A DNA stretch of 34,372 nucleotides from Planctomycetota bacterium. GTDB lineage: Bacteria > Planctomycetota > SZUA-567 > H5-PLA8. The position numbers and the translations under genes were made by a program. Below the pieces are notes generated by a model. The model was given only the letters and a program-made list of their open reading frames with translations, searched no databases and had not been told where the DNA came from. How positions within the stretch are numbered: the stretch's first letter is position 1; each line of letters starts with the position of its first letter. Below are positions 27,462-34,372 of this stretch, piece by piece. Where the stretch lies: the NCBI GenBank assembly GCA_045863855.1, contig BTVV01000063.1:1-34372 (forward strand), read 5' to 3'.

Positions 27462-27559
27462 GGGTGGTCTCCCAAAGGGTTGCGTACGTTCGATACATGC
27501 AAGATAGTTCCACGGAAGTGACTTTTCTTCTTATGGAATGACATTATTCTTGTACTTTA

Positions 27560-28453
27560 ATGACATCGGCCCCTGACGTCCCCAAGCTGCGCATCGCGAA
27601 GTTCGTCCCCCGCGAGGCCCACTACCACGTTGCCCGCCACACCCGCGGGCCGGGGCACGCCACCGGCGAACATACCCACGACTTCCCCGAACTCCTCTGG
27701 CTGGAACGCGGGCGCGCGATCCACCAGATCAACGGACAGCCCAAGGAACTCCGACCCGGCGACCTCGTCTTGATCCGCCCGCCCGACCGCCACGGCTTCC
27801 GCGCGCCCGCCGTGCGCCAGGGCGATACGGCCTTCGTCATGGTCAACGTCGCCTTCCGCAACGCCACGCTCCTGCATCTGCGCAAGCGCTACTACGCCGG
27901 ACGAGCGGAGGCTTTTCCCTGGCGCGGCGCCCAACTCCCCGCCCGCTTCCGCATGGGCGCAGACGATCTCCGCCGCCTCGCCGACGCCGCCGAACGCCTG
28001 GCTCACGGACCGCAATCGCGACTGCGGCTCGAACACTTTCTCCTCGAAGTCCTCGAAAGCATCGAACGCACCGCGCCCGTGGGTTCCGAACAGCCCTCCG
28101 ACCTCCCCGATTGGCTGCGCGGAGCGCTCGCCGTCTTCGCCCAGCCCAAGCACCTCCCCGGAGGCGTGCGCGAACTGGCGCGCTTGGCCGGGCGCGGCCC
28201 CGAACACATCAACCGCGTCATCCGCCGAGGCCTGGGCCAGACGAGCACCGACCTCGTCAACCGCTTGCGCCTCGAGTACGCCGCGCGCGAACTGGCCATG
28301 TCCGGTAAGCCCATCGTCGATATCGCGCTCGATGCCGGCTTCGATAACCTGAGCTACTTTTACCGTCTCTTTCAGCGCCGCTTTGGGCATACGCCGCGGC
28401 AATTCAGGCTTCAAGGACCGCTTCCTACCCACCAGACGGCGCCTAATCGATAA
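27560..28453 (+). CDS. AraC family transcriptional regulator with cupin domain (ChbR/RhaS-like)
   Basis: HTHDFPELLWLERG, PGDLVLIRPPDRH, LRLEYAAREL, IVDIALDAGFDNLSYFYRLFQRRFGHTPRQFR; divergent from the PhyH gene. Confidence 0.93.
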   Translation: MTSAPDVPKLRIAKFVPREAHYHVARHTRGPGHATGEHTHDFPELLWLERGRAIHQINGQPKELRPGDLVLIRPPDRHGFRAPAVRQGDTAFVMVNVAFRNATLLHLRKRYYAGRAEAFPWRGAQLPARFRMGADDLRRLADAAERLAHGPQSRLRLEHFLLEVLESIERTAPVGSEQPSDLPDWLRGALAVFAQPKHLPGGVRELARLAGRGPEHINRVIRRGLGQTSTDLVNRLRLEYAARELAMSGKPIVDIALDAGFDNLSYFYRLFQRRFGHTPRQFRLQGPLPTHQTAPNR

Positions 28454-28604
28454 TGTAACTCATTGATATAAATGATATTACAAGAACGCGCCGAATCGTT
28501 CACATACCGGCCAGATTTCTGCACCCAGAGCACCCCCGTTTCACGACTATCCTGTAAGGGCACATGGTGCCGCGAGAAATCACAGGCAGCGGGAGGACGG
28601 AAAG

Positions 28605-29339
28605 ATGCGGTATGCGCAAGGGTTGGGGCTGCTCGCCGGAGTCGCACTGGCCGTATCGGGGCTGAGCGCCGAAGAGGACGATTGGGAGATTCCGAAAGCG
28701 AAACCCGAAGTACGCCACGAAGGCGATAAGGGCGAACGCCCCGAACACGCCGAAAAGGGCGAACGCGGCGAACACGCCGAAAAGGGCGAACGCGGCGGGA
28801 TGGGCGAGAAGGAACGCGGCGAAAAGGGCGAGATGGGCGAAAAAGGCGAGCGCCCGGCCGGAGGCCCCGCGGACTTCGCCGGCTTTAGCGGCCGCGTCGC
28901 CGGCGTTGTGCTCGATAAGAAGGAAGGCTTCATCAAGTTCAAGGTCGAGCACGTCAAGGAAGTCTGGAAGGACAACCGCGCGGCCAACCCCCAAGCCCTG
29001 GCCGGCCAGACCATCGTCGTAGGCGCGGCCAAGAACCAGTACGTGCAGACCTTCATCAACCGAGTGATGGAATCGAATAACCAATACTATCTGGAAATCA
29101 GCCACTTAAATGGCGAGGTCTTCAAGATCTCCGAGCTGAACGAAGAACAGCGCGCGGCCGTTAAGCACATCGTCGGCGGCGAAGGCGGCTTCAAGCGTGA
29201 AGGCGACAAGCGTGAAGGCGACAAGCGCGAAGGCGAGAAACACGAAGCCGAGAAGCGCGAAGCCGAAAAACGCGAGGCCATGCGGCGTGAAGCCGAAAAG
29301 CGTGAGGCCGAAAAGCGCGAAGGTGTCGACCGGCGCTAA
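28605..29339 (+). CDS. Secreted protein with charged G-E-K/R repeats and KREA/GE pentapeptide repeats
   Basis: GGAGG SD, signal peptide MRYAQGLGLLAGVALAVSGLSA, low-complexity repeats flanking a ~100-aa globular core (FAGFSGRVAGVV...VWKDNRAANPQALAG). Confidence 0.8.
   Translation: MRYAQGLGLLAGVALAVSGLSAEEDDWEIPKAKPEVRHEGDKGERPEHAEKGERGEHAEKGERGGMGEKERGEKGEMGEKGERPAGGPADFAGFSGRVAGVVLDKKEGFIKFKVEHVKEVWKDNRAANPQALAGQTIVVGAAKNQYVQTFINRVMESNNQYYLEISHLNGEVFKISELNEEQRAAVKHIVGGEGGFKREGDKREGDKREGEKHEAEKREAEKREAMRREAEKREAEKREGVDRR
28728..28796 (+). repeat. 27-nt coding tandem repeat (KGERxEHAE)
   Basis: AAGGGCGAACGC(CC/GG)CGAACACGCCGAA, about 2.5 copies. Confidence 0.85.
29193..29327 (+). repeat. 15-nt coding tandem repeat, nine copies (KREGD/KREAE)
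   Basis: KREGD KREGD KREGE KHEAE KREAE KREAM RREAE KREAE KREGV. Confidence 0.88.
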
Positions 29340-29459
29340 GATGTTTCCCATACGCCGCGGAGGGTGCCCACGCGCCCTCCGCGGCGGTTCGATTCGGATC
29401 GCAACAACCCGTTCCCACCCTCCGCTCTTTCCGCAAGCGGCAACCCGAGGCGAGCGCAG

Positions 29460-32400
29460 ATGGCCGAAACCGGCACCTCACCCGCACCCAAGATCATCGG
29501 CGGATTCGAAATCGTCTCCAAGATCGGCAGCGGCGGCATGGGCTCGGTCTTCAAGGCCCGCCAGGTCTCCATGGACCGCCTCGTCGCGCTGAAAGTGCTG
29601 CCCCCTAAGTTCGCCGAAAAAGATCCACGCTTCGTCGAACGCTTCGTGCGCGAAGCCCGCGCTTCGGCCAAGCTCAACCACCCGCATATCGTCCAAGGCA
29701 TCGAAGTCGGCCGCGACGAGCGCAGCGGGCTGCACTACTTCGCCATGGAATTCGTCGACGGGTCCAGCGTTGGACAGTTGCTCAAGGCCGGTCCCATGGA
29801 GGAAAAGCGCGCGCTGGAAATCGCCCGGCAGGTCGCGCTGGCGCTCGACTGCGCCCACAAGGCCGGGATCGTGCATCGCGACATCAAGCCCGATAACATT
29901 CTCGTCACCCAGCAGGGCGTCACCAAACTCGCCGACCTGGGCTTGGCTAAAAAGATGGCCAGCGACGCCAGCCTCACCCAGTCGCTCCCTGCCATGGGCC
30001 CCGGAGCCAACGCCAACCTCACGCAGGCCGGCCAGACCGTCGGAACGCCCGATTACATGTCGCCCGAACAGGCCGAAGGCAAGGCCGACATCGACGTCCG
30101 CACCGACCTCTATTCGCTCGGCGGAACCCTCTACCACATGCTCGTCGGACGCGGACCGTACTCCGGCGGCACCGGCATGGAAGTCGTCATGCGCCACCTC
30201 ACCGCGCCGGTTCCGGACGCCGCGCGGGAGAATCCCAAAATCAGCCGGCAATGCGCCGATCTCGTCACCAAGCTCCTGCAGAAGGATCCCGCCAAGCGCT
30301 GCCAGACGCCGCTGGAGCTGATCGCGGAAATCGACGAGGTCATGGCCGCACACGCAGGCAAGACGCTGCGCTACGCCACCACCAGCGTCCAGCGCCCGGT
30401 CACCACCGGAGGCCTTAAACGCATCGGAGCCGGAACCACCGGCCCGCGCCGGCCCGTCGAAGACCGCGGCGCTCGCGGCGTCGGTCGAGCCGCGCGCCCC
30501 GAAGGAAACTCCTCCCAGGCCGTCACCATCGGCGCCATTGCCGGCGGAGCCGTCCTGCTGCTGGGACTCTTCTTCATGTTCAGCGGCGGCGGTGGCTCGA
30601 ACAAAACCGCCGAAACCAAATCCCGAACCAAGTCCGCGCCGGCCCAACAGCCCGCGCCCGCCGCCAACAAGACTCCCGCCCTCCCCGCGGTGGTCAAGAC
30701 CGACCCCGCCGCGCCCGAACCCGCGCCCGCCGCACAGCCCGCCGCGCCCGATCCGGCGCTATTGCTGGCTCGAGCGCGAACCGGCTGGACCCCCGCGGTT
30801 CAGAAGCTCGACGCCGCCGCCGCGCACGCGCAACTGGAAACCTTCGCCGCAGGACAGGGCCTGAACGAAGCCGCGCAGGAACCGCTTCAAGCCGCGCTCG
30901 TCGCCGATCTGCGCACCGCCTTCGACGCCTTCCGCACCGAGTTCACCGCGCAGATCGAACGCGGCGCGCTCGCCGAAGCGCGGGCGAAGCTCAACGCGTT
31001 TCCCGTTCCGCCGGCCGACAGCGCCTGGCCGCCCAACGTGGCCTTTACCGCCTTGCGCCAGCAATTCGAAGCGCAACTGGCCGCCGCCGAAGCCGCCGCG
31101 CAAACGCCGGCCGCCGCGCCCGCCGCCGCCGCGGCTTCCGGTCCCGCGCTGGATACGCTCTTCGCCCAGGCCGAACCGCAATTCGTGAACAACGCGCCGG
31201 CACGCGCGAAGCAGATCTTCGAAAGCGCCGCGAAGAAGCCCGAATGGGCCGCGCAGGCCCAGGCCCTCCAGGCTCAAGCCGAAGCCACCGCGTGGCTCGA
31301 CGACGTCAAAGCGGCGCTGGAACAAGGCGCCGCGAAGCTCGCCGACGGCAGGCCCCTTGAATTGGCGACCACGAAACGCCAGAAATTAAAGTTCGGCACC
31401 GGTGCGGAATTCGTTTTCGACAGCGTGGCGAACGGAAAGCTGCACGCGAAACTCAAAGGAGGGATGGTCCTCGGAGTCAACCTCGACGACCTCGATCCGC
31501 CTTCGCAGGACAAGCTCTTCGCACTCAACGTCCTGCCCACGCCCGAAGAAAACGCCGCGCTGGCCGTAAAACGCTCCTACGCGGACCTCGTGCGCATGCG
31601 CGCGCTGCCCGAGTTGGACGGTCCGTCGCTCTTCCAGATCCAGGAGCGCCTGGCGCTCTATAAGGAAGCCGGCGCGCCGCCCGAGGTCCACGCCGTCGCG
31701 CAAGCTTGGGCCGATTGGCGCGCGCGGCAAGCGCCACCGCCGGAAATGGCCCTCGATCTGGGCGGCGGCGTGACCCTCGAACTCGTCCTCGTACAGCCCG
31801 GCCGATTCAGCATGGGCACCGCCGCCTCGCCCGCCCCGCCCGGACATCCGCTCACCGCCCGCGTCGCGAAAGACGAACAACCCGCGCGCTCCGTCTTGAT
31901 TTCACGCCCGTTTTACCTCGGTAAATTCGAGGTCACTCAAGCGCAATACCGCCAGGTCATGGGCTCCAATCCCAGCTTCTTCGTCAACGATCGGGCGCCG
32001 GCCGATTCGGTCAGCGGGCAGGAAGCGGAAGCCTTCTGCGCCAAATGCTCGGAACTGACCAAGTTCCTCGTCACGCTGCCCACCGAAGCGCAATGGGAGT
32101 ACGCGGCCAAAGCTGGCGGCGCGGGCTGGATGATCCCCATCGGCGACCCGGCCTTCGGCGGCGACGCCGGAGCCTGGCAAGCCACCAACGAACGAGCCCT
32201 CGATGCGTGCGCCTGGTTCAAGGCCAACCTGTCCTGGGGCACCCGCCCGGTCGGCCAAAAAGCGCCCAACGCCTGGGGCCTTTACGACACCTTCGGCAAT
32301 GTGCTTGAGTGGTGTTCGGACCGCTACGCGCCCTACGACGCCCAAGCCACCACCGACCCGGTCGGCCCGGCGGCCGGCGACCTCATGACCGCCCGCGGCG

Positions 32401-32534
32401 GCACCGCCGTCAGCAACTTCGACCGCTGCCGGCCCGAATCCCGCAACGCGGTCCCGAAGACGCTCAAGAAAACAGGCTTCGGCCTCCGCATCTGCGTCCC
32501 CGTAGGCAACTCCGGCGCGCCGATCAAGAAATAA
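29460..32534 (+). CDS. Transmembrane Ser/Thr protein kinase with C-terminal FGE-sulfatase (SUMF1/C-type lectin fold) domain
   Basis: Start ATG 29460. GSGGMG, VALK, HRDIKPDN, DLGLA, GTPDYMSPEQ; TM IGAIAGGAVLLLGLFFMF; FSMG, FEVTQAQY, LPTEAQWEYAA, PNAWGLYDTFGNVLEWC, RGG...GLR FGE motifs. Confidence 0.94.
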   Translation: MAETGTSPAPKIIGGFEIVSKIGSGGMGSVFKARQVSMDRLVALKVLPPKFAEKDPRFVERFVREARASAKLNHPHIVQGIEVGRDERSGLHYFAMEFVDGSSVGQLLKAGPMEEKRALEIARQVALALDCAHKAGIVHRDIKPDNILVTQQGVTKLADLGLAKKMASDASLTQSLPAMGPGANANLTQAGQTVGTPDYMSPEQAEGKADIDVRTDLYSLGGTLYHMLVGRGPYSGGTGMEVVMRHLTAPVPDAARENPKISRQCADLVTKLLQKDPAKRCQTPLELIAEIDEVMAAHAGKTLRYATTSVQRPVTTGGLKRIGAGTTGPRRPVEDRGARGVGRAARPEGNSSQAVTIGAIAGGAVLLLGLFFMFSGGGGSNKTAETKSRTKSAPAQQPAPAANKTPALPAVVKTDPAAPEPAPAAQPAAPDPALLLARARTGWTPAVQKLDAAAAHAQLETFAAGQGLNEAAQEPLQAALVADLRTAFDAFRTEFTAQIERGALAEARAKLNAFPVPPADSAWPPNVAFTALRQQFEAQLAAAEAAAQTPAAAPAAAAASGPALDTLFAQAEPQFVNNAPARAKQIFESAAKKPEWAAQAQALQAQAEATAWLDDVKAALEQGAAKLADGRPLELATTKRQKLKFGTGAEFVFDSVANGKLHAKLKGGMVLGVNLDDLDPPSQDKLFALNVLPTPEENAALAVKRSYADLVRMRALPELDGPSLFQIQERLALYKEAGAPPEVHAVAQAWADWRARQAPPPEMALDLGGGVTLELVLVQPGRFSMGTAASPAPPGHPLTARVAKDEQPARSVLISRPFYLGKFEVTQAQYRQVMGSNPSFFVNDRAPADSVSGQEAEAFCAKCSELTKFLVTLPTEAQWEYAAKAGGAGWMIPIGDPAFGGDAGAWQATNERALDACAWFKANLSWGTRPVGQKAPNAWGLYDTFGNVLEWCSDRYAPYDAQATTDPVGPAAGDLMTARGGTAVSNFDRCRPESRNAVPKTLKKTGFGLRICVPVGNSGAPIKK

Positions 32535-32589
32535 GCCGCGCGCCTGACTCGGCATTCATCCGGTTGCCGCCGTTTCGTGGCGCGGGGCG

Positions 32590-33747
32590 TTACGGCTTTC
32601 TGAATCCCAACCGCTCGAAATAGCGCTCCGGAATCTCGGCCGGCTTTTTGAACACGGTCCAGCCGCAAGCCTTCGCGGCATCCGGGTCGAATTCCGTTAC
32701 CCACAGCGGATACCCGTAGCGCTTCATGGATTCCAGTTCGTTCAACGCGCAATGACTGCAATAGGCGGGCACCTCGCCCGCCCGGCCCCAAGTCGCGGGC
32801 ACGGCATCGGGCAGCAACGCGTCCTGCCCTTCCCGCGTGCCGGCCAGTTCGCGCCGAATCGCGCCGCCCGAACCGCACGGCTCGAATATCAGCCGGTACC
32901 GGTCGGATTCTTCCACGACCCGCACCGCGCCCTCGCGCGCCGAACCCGAAAAATGAGACCGCAAATGCTCGGCGAGAAACGCCGCGCGAGCTTCAGGCTC
33001 CAGCGCGTGGAAGAGGCCCCAGGTCGCTTCGAAGAAGGAGCATCCGCCCAAAGCCGCTTGAAAGGCTTCGACTGCCGCGGCCGGCCCCATCTGCTTACGC
33101 ACCACCACACCCCACTCCCAGATATACCGAAACAGCAAGTCGTGCCGGACCCGGCAGGCGCTCAGATACGCCTCGAATTCCGCGGCCGCCGCGTCGAACG
33201 CGCTCGCGTCAAGATGCGCAACGACCGCTTCGAAATTCGATTGAGGAACACACATCAATTCCGAAACGAGATTCGGCTCCCGGTTCGCCTGTTGGCGCAA
33301 ATACGTTTCGACGGCGGGAGGCATCAGGCGCTCCGGCGCGAGCAGGTCTTCCATGAACCGAAGCGCTTCGCCGCCGTCTTCGCGCAAAGCGGCCGAAGCG
33401 CCGGCCGCGCGCCGCCAGCGCGCGAACGCTTCCCCCGCCGCCGCCCGCGCCGCCGCCGGCCCCGACCGGTCCTGCGCAAAGAGCGGCCACCGCAACAACA
33501 GCTCGCCCGCGATCGCAGCCATGAATCCGTTGAGCGTATGGGTCAGGTCCAGATATTTTCGCGCGCCGGCCCCGTCACGGCTCTTCAAGCATCCGCGCAA
33601 TCGATCCGCATCCGAAACCTGGAGCGCTTCGGGGTTCCCCGCCCGAATGCCGCGGCCCAGCACGTCCAGCGGCTCCAGCCGCTCCGGCCCCGCGAACAGC
33701 CTTCCCTCGCGCCTGCCCGCATTCTCCGTACCGTCGCTCATCGTCAT
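32590..33747 (-). CDS. Hypothetical protein with C-terminal Cys/His metal-binding motif
   Basis: 385 aa, coding-like composition; FEPCGSGG, VPAYCSHC, ACGW motif; convergent with the kinase gene. Confidence 0.75.
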   Translation of the reverse strand: MTMSDGTENAGRREGRLFAGPERLEPLDVLGRGIRAGNPEALQVSDADRLRGCLKSRDGAGARKYLDLTHTLNGFMAAIAGELLLRWPLFAQDRSGPAAARAAAGEAFARWRRAAGASAALREDGGEALRFMEDLLAPERLMPPAVETYLRQQANREPNLVSELMCVPQSNFEAVVAHLDASAFDAAAAEFEAYLSACRVRHDLLFRYIWEWGVVVRKQMGPAAAVEAFQAALGGCSFFEATWGLFHALEPEARAAFLAEHLRSHFSGSAREGAVRVVEESDRYRLIFEPCGSGGAIRRELAGTREGQDALLPDAVPATWGRAGEVPAYCSHCALNELESMKRYGYPLWVTEFDPDAAKACGWTVFKKPAEIPERYFERLGFRKP

Positions 33748-33817
33748 GCCGAGTGCCTTCTTGGAGTGGGAGGTATCGAAAGTAACGGAAAGGCGGCCAT
33801 ATGAAAGAACTCCTTAA

Positions 33818-34204
33818 TCACGCCGGAATACTAATGCCTAAAAGTTGAAGCATCATTCCAAAGATAGTGAAGAATAGAACTCCCGCGCTCATTAACCCAA
33901 TGGCGGTCCACGAACTGGGCAGTCCCTTTTGAGAAGCCTTTCGTGATGCTACCCATCCAAGCAGACAGCCCATGATGAAAAGTGGTGTTAACGTTACGGC
34001 AAGCATCCCAAACACATTAAACCAGAAAGAGTGCATACTTAACGCTACACACAATACAAAGAAAATTAACTCCACCAATTGAATCTGAAATCGTTTGCGC
34101 TCCCGTGGTATTTTCTGCCAAATCCAAATCGCGAAAACCAAACCGCAAACTAGCGCGGGAAGCACGCTAAACAGGATGATTATGTATCCGTCTACTAATC
34201 CCAA
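33818..34204 (-). CDS. Hypothetical 4-TM membrane protein in an AT-richer segment
   Basis: 128 aa, TTG start with GAGGAG SD, four hydrophobic stretches, A/T-ending codons unlike neighbours. Confidence 0.72.
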   Translation of the reverse strand: MGLVDGYIIILFSVLPALVCGLVFAIWIWQKIPRERKRFQIQLVELIFFVLCVALSMHSFWFNVFGMLAVTLTPLFIMGCLLGWVASRKASQKGLPSSWTAIGLMSAGVLFFTIFGMMLQLLGISIPA

Positions 34205-34372
34205 TTAGCACCACTCCTCTCGAGGTAAAGTAGCGGGACCATATCCACAGGTGGGTATCCTTGAGCCGCGGGTAGCCCACACAAATCTCCGATTGGTGTG
34301 GGGGAGCTTGCGAACAAGTGGCGCTCGTACCCGTACCCTATGCCTACCGCGTACCGCCTCCGAAGCCTACGA

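Noticed and set aside
28728..29327. Tandem repeats as a CRISPR array
   Set aside because: Units are contiguous, in-frame multiples of three with synonymous variation and no spacers; no cas genes.
31745..32534. FGE/CLec domain as a diversity-generating retroelement target
   Set aside because: No reverse transcriptase or template repeat matching the C-terminal region in this window; a remote template cannot be excluded without a genome-wide BLASTN.

Overview
GC-rich bacterial chromosomal window, most likely from a Planctomycetota-like organism (inferred from the eukaryote-like Ser/Thr receptor kinases and the type-2 IleRS). Left third, minus strand: a type IV pilus cluster pilT / stand-alone MshEN protein / pilB / pilC / pilS-like kinase. 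The kinase is absent from the ORF track because it runs off the edge; read by hand, it carries a 7-blade WD40 propeller inserted after its first transmembrane helix. Next come purN, hypothetical genes, an unlisted 32-aa membrane peptide followed by a structured RNA segment, an aldo-keto reductase-like gene, and ileS preceded by a leader peptide plus terminator/antiterminator. Right two thirds: three ~1000-aa single-pass membrane proteins (two Ser/Thr kinases and one tandem zinc-finger protein) that share an unnamed extracytoplasmic stalk module but have different cytoplasmic heads and different distal domains. These are interleaved with a GntR/LacI regulator plus secreted glycoside-hydrolase-like gene, a PhyH dioxygenase/AraC pair and a charged-repeat protein, and the window ends in an AT-richer segment. 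No rRNA, tRNA, CRISPR array or mobile element was recognised. All family assignments come from motif reading by eye; no searches were run.
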